DNA of 38,625 bases from Planctomycetota bacterium (GCA_050256555.1 JBBWWC010000145.1:1-38625); one strand, 5' to 3'; shown: positions 19,034 to 29,720, counted from the first letter of the stretch. Program-made: numbers and translations. Notes: a model not told the origin generated them from the letters alone.

Positions 19034-19154
19034 GTCACTTAAGCCGTTTTTGGTCAGATCATGCTGAACTACAGAACTTGACCGGGTTCATCGGTCTCCT
19101 ATCATCGAGCTATTCTGGTCACCCCTGCTGGTGTCCGAACCCTGGAAGGACCCA

Positions 19155-20411
19155 ATGAATCACTTCGATGACGGAATTGCTGACAGTGGCGACGATAGGG
19201 CCAGAGATCTGATTCACGACTGGAATATCTCTGATGGAACCATTTCCAGAACAGATGCGATCGAGTTCGACGATGAAACGTTACGCGATGGTCTCCAGTC
19301 CCCCTCCGTTGTTGATCCTCCCATCGAAAAAAAGTTCGAAATCCTTCGCCTGATGGATCGACTTGGAATTCACACCGCCAATGTCGGGCTTCCTGGAGCT
19401 GGACCCCGAGCGGTCGAAGATGTCACGCGGCTCTGCCAGCTCATCGTTGACGAAAATCTCTCCATCACTCCCAACTGTGCTGCTCGTACCCATGAGAATG
19501 ACATCCGTGCAGTTGCACAGATCAGTCAGAATGTTGGGATCGCCATCGAATGCTGCACATTCATCGGATCGAGTCCGATCCGGCAATACACCGAAGACTG
19601 GACTCTCGAAAGAATGCTGGAGCACACACGGTATGCCTCCGACTTTTGTAGTCGTGAGGGAATTCCACAGATGTATGTCACTGAGGATACCACTCGAGCA
19701 GCTCCTGAAACTCTCAAGGCCCTCTACAGCTGTGCCATTGAACATGGCGCTGCTCGGGCCTGTGTCTGCGACACCGTTGGACATGCGACCCCCAGTGGAG
19801 TTCGTTCCTTGATACGATTTATCCAGAAGGTGGTCGCAGAAACTGGAGTCGAAGGAGTCAAAATTGACTGGCATGGTCATCGAGATCGAGATCTCGACAT
19901 CGCAAACTCCATCGCAGCAGTCGAATCGGGCGTTCATCGAATCCACGGTGCTGCGATAGGAATCGGCGAACGATGTGGGAACACTTCGATGGACCTGCTT
20001 TTGGCCAACCTGAAGTTAATGGGCTACATCGACAACGATCTGACCTTGCTGCCTGAATATGTCCAGGCAGTCAGCGAAGGATGCCATGTACCCATCCCGA
20101 AAAACTATCCCATCTTTGGCGCCGACGCTTTCGAGACAGCCACCGGTGTTCATGCCGCAGCCGTCATCAAAGCGTTCCGGAAAAAAGACACCTGGTTGGC
20201 AAATCGTGTCTATTCAGGAGTTCCCGCCGATGAATTTGGATTGTCGCAGAAGATCAGTATCGGCCCGATGAGTGGTCGATCAAATGTGGTCTACTGGCTT
20301 GAGCAGCATGACATCGAACCCACTGAAGAAGTCGTCACCAAGATCTTCGATCAGGCGAAAAAAGCTGACAGACTTCTCTCCGATGAAGAGATCATCCTGC
20401 TGGCACGTTAA
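19155..20411 (+). CDS. leuA: 2-isopropylmalate synthase-like DRE-TIM metallolyase (no C-terminal regulatory domain)
   Basis: DETLRDGLQ, EDTTRA, CDTVG, HGHRD, GIGERCGN and GPMSGRSN. Confidence 0.75.
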   Translation: MNHFDDGIADSGDDRARDLIHDWNISDGTISRTDAIEFDDETLRDGLQSPSVVDPPIEKKFEILRLMDRLGIHTANVGLPGAGPRAVEDVTRLCQLIVDENLSITPNCAARTHENDIRAVAQISQNVGIAIECCTFIGSSPIRQYTEDWTLERMLEHTRYASDFCSREGIPQMYVTEDTTRAAPETLKALYSCAIEHGAARACVCDTVGHATPSGVRSLIRFIQKVVAETGVEGVKIDWHGHRDRDLDIANSIAAVESGVHRIHGAAIGIGERCGNTSMDLLLANLKLMGYIDNDLTLLPEYVQAVSEGCHVPIPKNYPIFGADAFETATGVHAAAVIKAFRKKDTWLANRVYSGVPADEFGLSQKISIGPMSGRSNVVYWLEQHDIEPTEEVVTKIFDQAKKADRLLSDEEIILLAR

Positions 20412-20423
20412 ATCCAGGTGTGG

Positions 20424-21404
20424 TCAGGGGCGAAACGGAAAGTTGACAGCTCCACTGAGGACCAATGAAGAACCGTCTTCAGCTGTACCCTCCCAGCGCA
20501 GAAGCGTACCCTCATCGATGTGAGTCTTTCGCACCGACGCCAGCAGCGAAATCACTCGCCCGTCGCTGGCCACCGAAGTAATTTTTCCCGGTGGTTTTAC
20601 GTCTCCTTCATTGGCGTGTAGGACATCGCCGACCATCATCGGAGAACTTGAAACTGCTTCAGGAAGAACCATCTCCAGGCGACGCAACTGACGATTGACA
20701 TGACCATAGGTGCGAATTCGAGCCAGTACTTCCTGACCAGCATAACAACCCTTGTCATAAGAGATCGCATCGGAGAGTCCCACTTCCGGAGGCAACGAGC
20801 GCTCTGTCACTTCTTGACCCAGGCGTGGAAATCCGGCTTCAATGCGAGCCCGTTCGGCATTTCCCGCCGAGCAGATGGTAACCCCTGACTGCTCCAGTTG
20901 TTGCTCGATCTCCGGGATCAGTTCTTGCGGTAGTAGTAAATCATAACCGGATTGAGGCGAACGAGGACGAGCGATCACCAACCCATTGCGCCAACAGACC
21001 GATTGCAAAAAGGTATCAGGATCGAGAGAAGTCAGAGATTCGACTACCTGCGGAGAAGTTGGGCCCTGTACAGAAATCACTCCGAAGTGATTCGTTTCAA
21101 TTTCCACATCTTCAAGGATCACGAGCCGATCCAGTCGCGATCGTAGCTCGGTAGACATCGCTTCTTCAACAACAAGGAGAAACCTACCGGAAGAATCACG
21201 ATGCGCATCAAAGAAGGCCAGAATACGGCCTTTCCCATCCAGCAGGGTCCCACGAGTCCCTGATCCGGGAACCACTCTCTTCAGGTCACAAGAAACAAGA
21301 CGTTGAAGAAAATCTTCAGCATCCGATCCAGAGACCTCGATGACATCGAGATGACAGTCGGCCCCAAGGCGGACACAGGACTCAAAAATACACGACCCAC
21401 TCAT
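20424..21404 (-). CDS. ygfZ: Folate-binding YgfZ/GcvT family protein
   Basis: Signature KGCYAGQEVLAR; VSGSDAEDFLQ. Confidence 0.88.
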   Translation of the reverse strand: MSGSCIFESCVRLGADCHLDVIEVSGSDAEDFLQRLVSCDLKRVVPGSGTRGTLLDGKGRILAFFDAHRDSSGRFLLVVEEAMSTELRSRLDRLVILEDVEIETNHFGVISVQGPTSPQVVESLTSLDPDTFLQSVCWRNGLVIARPRSPQSGYDLLLPQELIPEIEQQLEQSGVTICSAGNAERARIEAGFPRLGQEVTERSLPPEVGLSDAISYDKGCYAGQEVLARIRTYGHVNRQLRRLEMVLPEAVSSSPMMVGDVLHANEGDVKPPGKITSVASDGRVISLLASVRKTHIDEGTLLRWEGTAEDGSSLVLSGAVNFPFRP

Positions 21405-21415
21405 GGCCCATCCGA

Positions 21416-22504
21416 TCAGAGAGAACGAATCTTTTCGATCACCCTGTCACCCCACTCATCCGTCGAAATACCGCTTGCAGCACTGACGGAGGTCACGTCT
21501 TCACTTTGAAGAACACATTCGATGGCTCCCTCGATGCGAGCTGAAGCAGCGTCTTCACCGAGATGATCAAGCATCATTTGAACCGCCGCGATGGCAGCAA
21601 TCGGACATGAAACGTTCTTCCCTTTGTACTTGGGCGCAGATCCGTGTATCGATTCGAACATCGAGACCTGACCCGGATGGATATTGCCGGAAGCGGCAAC
21701 ACCCATTCCTCCCTGTAGTACAGCACCGAGATCAGTGATGATATCTCCGAAAAGATTGGTCGTAACAACGGTATCAAACGATTCAGGGTTCTTGATCATC
21801 CACATGCAAGCCGCATCGACATAGGCATGGTCTTGCTCGATATCCGGGAACTCTTCTCCGACCTCTGCGAAAGTACGGGTCCAGATATCCTGCGCCCGGA
21901 TAGCATTGGCTTTATCGACCAGTAGAAGTTTCTTCTGACGGTTTCTCTTTCGCGCCAGTTCGTAGGCATACCGGACCACTCGCTCGACACCTTTGCGCGT
22001 GTAAACCATCTGCTGCATAGCGACTTCATCGGGGCTGCCCTTTTTGAGGATTCCGCCGATTCCAGCATATGCATCTTCAGTGTTCTCACGAACCACGACG
22101 AAATCGATGTCGTCAGGTCCCTTACCCTTGAGCGGACAGAACTTCTCGGAAAGAAGTCGAATCGGGCGAAGATTGACGAAAAGATCCAGATTGAAACGTA
22201 ATCCGGCGATGATGGCACGTTCTACCAATCCCACTTCGACTCTCGGATCACCAATCGCTCCCAGATAAGCGGCATCCATCCCACGTACCTGCTCCAGCAC
22301 ATCGTCTGGAAGTAGCTCTCCTGTTTCCAGGTAATGCTCACTTCCGTGCGGAAAATCGGTTCTATCGATCTGGAATCCCCCCATCTCAGCGACAACATCG
22401 AGAACCTTGAAGGCCTCATTCGTCACTTCGGGTCCGATTCCATCTCCGGCAAAAACAGCAATCTTGTAATTCTTCGACACGGTCTCACTCCCTCTGGATG
22501 TCAT
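21416..22504 (-). CDS. leuB: 3-isopropylmalate dehydrogenase (beta-decarboxylating dehydrogenase)
   Basis: GDGIGPEV, NLRP, VRENTED, NLFGDIITD and FESIHGSAP. Confidence 0.85.
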   Translation of the reverse strand: MTSRGSETVSKNYKIAVFAGDGIGPEVTNEAFKVLDVVAEMGGFQIDRTDFPHGSEHYLETGELLPDDVLEQVRGMDAAYLGAIGDPRVEVGLVERAIIAGLRFNLDLFVNLRPIRLLSEKFCPLKGKGPDDIDFVVVRENTEDAYAGIGGILKKGSPDEVAMQQMVYTRKGVERVVRYAYELARKRNRQKKLLLVDKANAIRAQDIWTRTFAEVGEEFPDIEQDHAYVDAACMWMIKNPESFDTVVTTNLFGDIITDLGAVLQGGMGVAASGNIHPGQVSMFESIHGSAPKYKGKNVSCPIAAIAAVQMMLDHLGEDAASARIEGAIECVLQSEDVTSVSAASGISTDEWGDRVIEKIRSL

Positions 22505-22510
22505 TTAATT

Positions 22511-23710
22511 CTATGCCTCTGATTCGACCAGTACAGCAATACCCTGACCACCACCGATACAGGCGCTGGCAACACCAAGCCCACCTCCACGACGACGTAG
22601 TTCGTGAAGGATGGTCAGAATCAGTCGGGTTCCTGTCATCGCCAGCGGGTGACCGAGCGCAATCGCACCACCATTCACGTTGACCTTGTCTCGATCAAGA
22701 CCCAGATCTTTTTCGACGGCAATGTACTGGGCGGCAAATGCTTCGTTGATTTCAAACAAGTCGATGTCCTCGATGGAAAGTCCTTGGGCGGCAAGCAAAC
22801 CACGAATCGCCGGCGCTGGACCGATTCCCATGACAGAGGGATCCACTCCAACCGTATGCCAGCCCTTGACGGTACCGAGCACCGGTCGTCCATCCGCAGC
22901 CGGCGTACCTTCGGCAGCCAGCACCACTGCAGCTGCACCATCAACGATCCCGCTGGCATTTCCTGCGGTCACCGTTCCTTCTTTACCAAACGCTGGACGT
23001 AATCGAGCTAGTTTTTCCTGGGTAGTTCCCGGCTTGATGTGATCATCCCTGTTGACCTCGATCACTTCTTTGCGTCGTTTGACTTCAACCGCAAACATTT
23101 CATCATCGAAGAGACCCTGCTCTTGCGCAGCCAGCGCTCGGGAAATCGAGACGATAGCAAATTCGTCTTGTTCTTCACGCGAAATTTTATATTGATCGGC
23201 TAGCTTCTCGGCAGTCTGGGCCATGAATAATCCGCAATACGGATCCATCAAGGAAGCCATCAACAGATCTTCCAGCTTGCCACCACCTAGATGGAAACCT
23301 TCTCGAGCCCCACGAATCACATGCGGGCACTGAGACATATTTTCCATGCCACCGGAAACGACAACCTGAGCCTCATCGAGCAGGATGTGTTGTGCACCGG
23401 TCACCACCGACTGCAATCCTGAGCCACACAATCGATTCACCGTCAAAGCCGGTGTCTCAATCGGAAGATCTGCGCGTAACGCCACATGCCGTGCCCCATA
23501 AAGCGCATCGGCACTGGTCTGCATCACATTTCCCATCACCACGTGATCGACTGCCGACGGATCGATTTCCGATCGACGCAAAGCTTCACGAGTGGCCATG
23601 GCTCCCAGCTCGATGGCACTGAGATCCTTGAACAGGCCGAAGCCCGGGGTTCCCACGTATTCGGCCATCGCAGTTCTGGCACCACCGAGGATCTGAATCT
23701 TATTATTCAT
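22511..23710 (-). CDS. Acetyl-CoA C-acyltransferase (thiolase)
   Basis: [23 protein letters not shown] and CIGGGQG. Confidence 0.95.
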   Translation of the reverse strand: MNNKIQILGGARTAMAEYVGTPGFGLFKDLSAIELGAMATREALRRSEIDPSAVDHVVMGNVMQTSADALYGARHVALRADLPIETPALTVNRLCGSGLQSVVTGAQHILLDEAQVVVSGGMENMSQCPHVIRGAREGFHLGGGKLEDLLMASLMDPYCGLFMAQTAEKLADQYKISREEQDEFAIVSISRALAAQEQGLFDDEMFAVEVKRRKEVIEVNRDDHIKPGTTQEKLARLRPAFGKEGTVTAGNASGIVDGAAAVVLAAEGTPAADGRPVLGTVKGWHTVGVDPSVMGIGPAPAIRGLLAAQGLSIEDIDLFEINEAFAAQYIAVEKDLGLDRDKVNVNGGAIALGHPLAMTGTRLILTILHELRRRGGGLGVASACIGGGQGIAVLVESEA

Positions 23711-23765
23711 CTTCGATTCCCTGTCTTACAACTAGCACCCGGATCAGGACGACCCTCGGTGCGGG

Positions 23766-24560
23766 CTATTTCCCACGGAACTCCGGGGGTCTTTTCTCAA
23801 GAAAGGCATTCATGCCTTCTCGCATATCTTCCGTCTCGCTGATCTTTGAAAAAAGATCCGCTTCCAGTAACTGTCCCTCGTCGATATTGAAATCGCCACC
23901 ACGGATGACGGCATCGATGGCATGCCCGAGAGCCAAAGGCCCCCGCTTACACAACGTCTCGGATACTTCCAATACCTTGGCAGAAAGTTCATCCGGTTCA
24001 CAAACTCCGTTGACGAGTCCCATTTCTGCAGCCTGATCTGCCGAGACAAAATCTCCGGTCAAGATCATCTGGAGAGCACGACCACGTCCAACGATCCGCT
24101 GTAAACGCTGAGTGCCACCATACCCAGGAATAATTCCCAGTGTGACTTCCGGCAAACCAATCTTGGCACGCTTTGATGCATAGCGAAGATGGCAGGCGAG
24201 TGCCAGTTCACAACCACCACCCAGAGCAAAACCATTGATCTGAGCGATCACTACCTTGCCACAACGTTCAATCGCATCGAAAGCAGCCTGGCCTGCCCTG
24301 GCTCTCGATCTTGCTTCCTCGGCATTCTGACCAGCCAGCTGCTGAATGTCGGCTCCGGCAACAAATGCTTTCTGCCCTGCTCCTGTGATGATCACAACCC
24401 GGATCGAGTCAGCTACAGCGATGGCCCGAAAGGTACGGTCAATCTCTGCCACAGTCGCATCATCGAGCGCATTGAGCTGCTCCTGGCGGTCAACCAGGAC
24501 ACGGAGCACTCCATCGCCCACCGATTCAACCACCAGATTTTTCAGGGCCAGATCTTCCAT
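23766..24560 (-). CDS. Enoyl-CoA hydratase (crotonase)
   Basis: AFVAGADI, ALGGGCEL and LPEVTLGIIPGYGGTQRL. Confidence 0.93.
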   Translation of the reverse strand: MEDLALKNLVVESVGDGVLRVLVDRQEQLNALDDATVAEIDRTFRAIAVADSIRVVIITGAGQKAFVAGADIQQLAGQNAEEARSRARAGQAAFDAIERCGKVVIAQINGFALGGGCELALACHLRYASKRAKIGLPEVTLGIIPGYGGTQRLQRIVGRGRALQMILTGDFVSADQAAEMGLVNGVCEPDELSAKVLEVSETLCKRGPLALGHAIDAVIRGGDFNIDEGQLLEADLFSKISETEDMREGMNAFLEKRPPEFRGK

Positions 24561-24572
24561 ATTCCTTCTCCG

Positions 24573-26606
24573 CTACTTCTCGACGATCTTGACCGGAACA
24601 TAGTCATGATCACGCTTATTCTTCACTTCGGAACTCTTGATGGTGCTTCCTTCGGTAAGGCGATCTGCCGCAGCTTGCCCAGAGACAATCTGTCCGAACA
24701 CCGTGTAGATACCATCAAGATACGCGAGTCGATCAAGAGCAATCAAAAATTGAGATCCGGCGGTATTCGCCACTTTATGATTTCGCGCCATGATGAGGGA
24801 ACCCCTGACAGCATTATTTTTCTTGCTCACCTCATCCACGATCTTGTACCCAGGCCCTCCGATACCGCTCCCATCAGGACTACCGCCCTGAATAAAACCA
24901 CGGCTCTCAACGGTATTTACTTTCCGGTGAAAAGTAAGCCCATCGTAAAAACCACTCTCGACCAGAGAGATAAAGTTGGCCACCGTGTTGGGCGAATCAT
25001 TCTCGAACAACTCGATCGTGATCGGACCGCTAGTGGTATTGAGAATCACCAGCGGAAGATTACTGGGCTGCTTCGGACGGGTGGGAGTGTTCCCCAGACT
25101 GTCCGCAAAGGACGCCCCCTGGGATGCCGAAGAAGGCTCTACCTGTGCAGGCAATGGCTTCTGTGGCTTGGCACTGACAGCATCGGCCGCTTGCTGGACC
25201 TTTTCAGGGAGCAAGTCGTACGGATAGGCCAACACCAGAGTCATCTCGGCAGCCAGATTCTTGCCGATTCGCTCCTGGACCCGATCCAGTGGTTCTCCTT
25301 CTTCAAGCACTACCGATCCGCAAGAGATCAATCGCTGGGCCACAGCAGCGGACGACCCGAGACCGATACCAAACTGAAGCCCGAGTTTCTGGCCATCAGA
25401 ACTACCGACCGGAACGACCCCGAAGGATCCGAGCTTCCAGGGCACCTTCGAAGAGGGTTTGACCGCCGCGATTCCGGGCTGGGATCGATCAGTAACACCA
25501 AAATTGAGGGACTGCCCATTCGTCAGGGTGATCGGTACCTTATTCAGATGACCGTTTCTGGCCTGCGAAATAATTTCTTGCCGCAATCCAGGGATTCCTA
25601 CGTCCTGAATCTCAATCCAGGCCCGGCCGCTGGTGAAACAACAGAGGAACCAACGATCCCGCTTCTCCACTGCGGGCAAAACATTGAATTGCGCTTCGCT
25701 CGACCGGTAAAAGCGCCACCGGGCTTTCCAGTTGGCATAACCTGGTAAATCTACGATCTGGGCGACATTCTTTTCGAGACGACCGAAGAAACTATCGCCG
25801 CGCCAGATGACACGAACAATCGGCCAGGGTTCAGAAACTGGTGCGTAATCGGCAAGATTAAAGACTCTCTCGAGACTCTCTTTCGGTGCTAGTTTTCGCA
25901 TTTCCAACTTTGCCGGGTCAAAATCTTCCGGCATCGAAAGCGGTACATTCAACTTGCCAAACTGATATCGGACGATCAATCCAAGCGGCCACAGAACTGG
26001 ATCCAGAACATCCAATGAACCATCGGTATCATTTCGAACGTTGATGGTCACAAGAACCGGATCGCCCGGCTGCAGCGAATTTTCATTGAACTCGATAGAC
26101 CATGCCAGATCTGAATTTCTATCTCCCTGGACAGGAACAGGAGAAACCACAGACTTCTCCCCGGATGGATTGGCAGTCGAGGAGTCATCCGCGGGTTTCG
26201 GCTCAAGAACTTTGCCCCGCGATTCAAGATACTGGATGACGTGCCAGCCATAGCGGGTCTTGCAAGTCGCCAGTCCATTCTTTTCCGAAATCTTGAATGC
26301 CGCAGCAGAGAACTCCGGCTCCATCGACCCCGCCGACACCCAGTCCAGATCTCCACCGAGCAGCTTCGTACCGACATCGAGGGAGTAACGGCGGGCCAGA
26401 GCCCTGAAATCGCTGCCCTTTTCGACCGCCTGTAACAGGCGATCTGCAATTTGCTCATTGGCGACCAGGATGTGCCGGAGATGCCGCTGCTCCTGTGCCT
26501 CTGCTGTCGAGCAAGAGAGATAGATCAGCAAACATATGACCGCCAGGTTCCTCATCCACTTGAGCCAACCCATCTTTGACAAACCGAAGGAAACTTCAAA
26601 ACTCAT
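24573..26606 (-). CDS. Secreted multi-domain peptidyl-prolyl isomerase (parvulin plus cyclophilin)
   Basis: Signal peptide (AEA|QEQ); parvulin RHILV...LARRYS...GGDL...GWHVI; C-terminal cyclophilin TTSGPITIEL...FYDGLTFHR...FIQGG...GSQF...YTVFG. ATG at 26606 after GGAGG. Confidence 0.88.
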   Translation of the reverse strand: MSFEVSFGLSKMGWLKWMRNLAVICLLIYLSCSTAEAQEQRHLRHILVANEQIADRLLQAVEKGSDFRALARRYSLDVGTKLLGGDLDWVSAGSMEPEFSAAAFKISEKNGLATCKTRYGWHVIQYLESRGKVLEPKPADDSSTANPSGEKSVVSPVPVQGDRNSDLAWSIEFNENSLQPGDPVLVTINVRNDTDGSLDVLDPVLWPLGLIVRYQFGKLNVPLSMPEDFDPAKLEMRKLAPKESLERVFNLADYAPVSEPWPIVRVIWRGDSFFGRLEKNVAQIVDLPGYANWKARWRFYRSSEAQFNVLPAVEKRDRWFLCCFTSGRAWIEIQDVGIPGLRQEIISQARNGHLNKVPITLTNGQSLNFGVTDRSQPGIAAVKPSSKVPWKLGSFGVVPVGSSDGQKLGLQFGIGLGSSAAVAQRLISCGSVVLEEGEPLDRVQERIGKNLAAEMTLVLAYPYDLLPEKVQQAADAVSAKPQKPLPAQVEPSSASQGASFADSLGNTPTRPKQPSNLPLVILNTTSGPITIELFENDSPNTVANFISLVESGFYDGLTFHRKVNTVESRGFIQGGSPDGSGIGGPGYKIVDEVSKKNNAVRGSLIMARNHKVANTAGSQFLIALDRLAYLDGIYTVFGQIVSGQAAADRLTEGSTIKSSEVKNKRDHDYVPVKIVEK

Positions 26607-26803
26607 CTTCTGTGCCTCCACTGTGCAACACGGGTTCAACGATACCGATTTACTTGTACGATCCTGGGCCGATAGGAAGCCATTCCGATCGTCTTGCCAG
26701 ACGATCCTCCAAACATTTCCTTTAGCCTCACTGGAATCAGTGCAAGATAACACGGAGCCACGTTTCAATGAAGTGGATCCACAGCTCAGGAGAGAGGTTC
26801 TGA

Positions 26804-27733
26804 TTGCTTTCTCGGTCATATAAAGCAGATCTGGCCCTGGTCCTTGTGGTCGTCATCTGGGGAGCCACCTTCGCCTTGGTTCAGAAGGCCATCGAGGAGA
26901 TCCCGGTCCACTCCTTCCATGTTCTCCGTTTCGGCATCGCAACCCTCGCTCTGCTGCCGATCTATCTCTTCCGAAAACATCGAAATCGTTCCACCATACC
27001 GGCTCCCAGAGGGCTGTTACTGAAGGCGGGTTTCCTTGCCGGGTTGTCACTGTGGTTAGGTTACAGCTTTCAAACCTTTGGCCTTCTTCACACCACCCCG
27101 GCCCACTCTGGATTCCTCACCGGAATGGCAGTGGTAATTGTGCCGTTGCTGGCATTCTTACTGCTGAAAGAAAAGCTTGAGAAGCGAGTGATCATTGGTA
27201 TTTCGATGGCGGCCTCAGGTCTCGCATTACTTGCCTTCGGCGGCCAGGGAACGATCGATCAACTACCACCAGAACCTGACATAGCGAAAGGTGATCTGCT
27301 CACCTTTGGCTGCGCAACGGCCTTCGCATTTCAGATCATCGTCAAGGCGCACTGGGCATCAAAACTCTCTGCGCTGCAACTGACCATCGTTGAGCTGACC
27401 ACTGTCTTTTTTCTATCGCTGTTGGCCGCCACGATGCTGGAGGAATTTCCAGATCTTGAAACGCTATCATCAACCGTGTGGAGTGCCGTGTTATTGACCG
27501 GGCTACTGGCGACAGCCTTTGCATTCCTGGTCCAGAGCTGGGCGCAACGGACCACCACGGCAGTACACACTGCGGTGATCTTCGCCTTCGAACCCGTCAC
27601 CGCCGCCTTCTTCTCGTGGTGGTTGATCGGTGAAGTTCTCACCCCATGGGCAGCCATCGGTGGAATCCTGATCATCGGCGGCATGCTGCGCACTGAACTA
27701 CGTGGCAGTAACAAAAAAACCGCTGAAAACTAG
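26804..27733 (+). CDS. DMT/EamA family transporter
   Basis: About 10 TM helices; IWGATF, FQTFGL, GDLLT and FEPV motifs. Confidence 0.9.
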   Translation: MLSRSYKADLALVLVVVIWGATFALVQKAIEEIPVHSFHVLRFGIATLALLPIYLFRKHRNRSTIPAPRGLLLKAGFLAGLSLWLGYSFQTFGLLHTTPAHSGFLTGMAVVIVPLLAFLLLKEKLEKRVIIGISMAASGLALLAFGGQGTIDQLPPEPDIAKGDLLTFGCATAFAFQIIVKAHWASKLSALQLTIVELTTVFFLSLLAATMLEEFPDLETLSSTVWSAVLLTGLLATAFAFLVQSWAQRTTTAVHTAVIFAFEPVTAAFFSWWLIGEVLTPWAAIGGILIIGGMLRTELRGSNKKTAEN

Positions 27734-29445
27734 CCGGAACGTCGCTCAGGCAAGCGGATCTCCTCGACCATCTTCATCACCTCTGCAGGAGGATCTGCGG
27801 TGAACGATCGCACGATTCCCGCCACCATGAAGTTCAAGCACAGACCAACGGTGCCGATCCCCTTCGGCGAAATCCCCCACCACCAGTTCTCGACGCTATC
27901 CAGTTCAGGATGCAGAAAACGGAAATAGATGATGTAACCAGCCGTGAACAACAACCCCACGACCATGCCAGAGATGGCACCTTCGCGATTCATTCTCTTC
28001 ATGAAGATACCCAGCAAGATCGCCGGGAAAAAACTGGCCGCAGCCAGCCCGAAGGCAAATGCGACCACTTCGGCAACAAATCCTGGCGGGTGGATTCCCA
28101 GATAACCAGCAACGCAAACTGCCGCCCCGGCAGCAACTCGTGCAGCAAACAACTCTTGCTTCTCGGTCATATCTGGACGTAAACAATTGCGAAGCAAATC
28201 ATGAGAAACAGAAGTAGAAACGACCAGCAGTAAACCAGCAGCGGTCGAAAGGGCCGCCGCAAGACCTCCGGCGGCAACCAAGGCGATAACCCAGTCGGGT
28301 AATCCGGCGATTTCCGGATTGGCCAGAACCATGATGTCACGGTCGATCTTCAACTCATTGGCAATCGGTTGCCCCGAATCGTCGACTGCGGATTTGCCAA
28401 CATATTGCACCAACCCATCACCGTTCTTGTCTTTGAACTCGATGAGTCCAGTACCCTCCCAGGTCTGGAACCAGGCCGGCATCTGATCATGTGGTTGAAA
28501 GTTGCCATCCTTGTAAACAGTGTCGATCAGATTGGTGCGAGCAAAAACAGCCACAGCCGGAGCCGTCGTGTACAAGATGGCGATGAAAAGTAGTGCCCAA
28601 CCGGCAGACTTACGCGCTGCCCGAACACTCGGAACTGTATAGAAACGGATAATCACATGGGGTAATCCGGCGGTACCCGCCATCAAGGCGAAGGTGATGG
28701 CCAGCAAGTTGATGGTATTCCCTGACCCCAGCGTATATCGAGAAAATCCAAGCTGTTCATGAAGTCCATCAAGCCGTGCCAAAAGACTGACTTCAGATCC
28801 TGGAGGAGTCGATCCAAATCCAATCTGCGGAATCACGGTGTCAGCTACCAGCAATGAAATGAAAATCGCCGGGACCATGAAGGCGAAGATCAAAACACAA
28901 TACTGGGCGACCTGGGTATAGGTGATGCCCTTCATCCCCCCGAGCACTGCGTAAATGAAGACGATCCCCATGCCAATGATGACACCGTTGGTCACATCGA
29001 TCTCGAGAAAGCGGCTGAACACCACCCCTACTCCACGCATCTGGCCGGCAACATAGGTGAAGGAGACAAAGATGGCGCACACCACAGCGACCAGTCTTGC
29101 GGTTTGTGAGTAGTAACGCTCTCCGATGAAATCAGGCACAGTAAACTTGCCGAACTTACGCAGGTAAGGTGCCAGTAGCAAAGCCAGCAACACGTAGCCA
29201 CCGGTCCAACCCATCAGGTAAACAGATCCGTCATACCCACTGAAGGAAATAATCCCTGCCATCGAAATAAATGATGCGGCACTCATCCAATCGGCAGCAG
29301 TCGCCATACCATTGGCCAGAGGTGGCACATGCTGACCCGCAATGTAGAAATCTCCGGTACTACTGGCGCGTGATCGGATGGCGATACCGATGTAGAGCAG
29401 AAACGATGCACTGACCAGCAGTGCTGTCCAGACGGTAACTCCCAT
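27730..29445 (-). CDS. Sodium:solute symporter, ActP-like
   Basis: NGMATAADWMSAASF, GKFTVPDF and GTAGLPHVIIRFYT; TGATG coupling to the upstream small gene. Confidence 0.92.
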   Translation of the reverse strand: MGVTVWTALLVSASFLLYIGIAIRSRASSTGDFYIAGQHVPPLANGMATAADWMSAASFISMAGIISFSGYDGSVYLMGWTGGYVLLALLLAPYLRKFGKFTVPDFIGERYYSQTARLVAVVCAIFVSFTYVAGQMRGVGVVFSRFLEIDVTNGVIIGMGIVFIYAVLGGMKGITYTQVAQYCVLIFAFMVPAIFISLLVADTVIPQIGFGSTPPGSEVSLLARLDGLHEQLGFSRYTLGSGNTINLLAITFALMAGTAGLPHVIIRFYTVPSVRAARKSAGWALLFIAILYTTAPAVAVFARTNLIDTVYKDGNFQPHDQMPAWFQTWEGTGLIEFKDKNGDGLVQYVGKSAVDDSGQPIANELKIDRDIMVLANPEIAGLPDWVIALVAAGGLAAALSTAAGLLLVVSTSVSHDLLRNCLRPDMTEKQELFAARVAAGAAVCVAGYLGIHPPGFVAEVVAFAFGLAAASFFPAILLGIFMKRMNREGAISGMVVGLLFTAGYIIYFRFLHPELDSVENWWWGISPKGIGTVGLCLNFMVAGIVRSFTADPPAEVMKMVEEIRLPERRSG

Positions 29446-29720
29446 CACTGCCCCCCATCGTCAGAAAAGTACTCGTCATCGAGACGATTCATACGCCAGG
29501 AATAAACAAAGATCAGGATGACGAATGTGTAAATGGACCCCTGCTGAGCAAACCAAAAACCGAGAGGAAACTCGGTACCTGGCAATTGAAACTGATCCAG
29601 CCATGGAGCCAGGGCGATGCCAAATCCAAGAGATACGACCGCCCAGATGGTGATCAGAACAAAGATCATCTTCAGATTACTACGCCAGTACTTTGCGATT
29701 TCATCCGATTCGCTGCTCAT
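29445..29720 (-). CDS. DUF4212 small subunit of the SSS transporter
   Basis: YWRSNL...FPLGFWFAQQGSIYTFVILIFVY...MNRLD; ATG at 29720 after GAGGAGG. Confidence 0.9.
   Translation of the reverse strand: MSSESDEIAKYWRSNLKMIFVLITIWAVVSLGFGIALAPWLDQFQLPGTEFPLGFWFAQQGSIYTFVILIFVYSWRMNRLDDEYFSDDGGQ

Noticed and set aside
24189-25748. 519-aa plus-strand ORF
   Set aside because: Fully antisense to the well-supported crotonase and PPIase genes, with no recognisable motifs; a shadow ORF.
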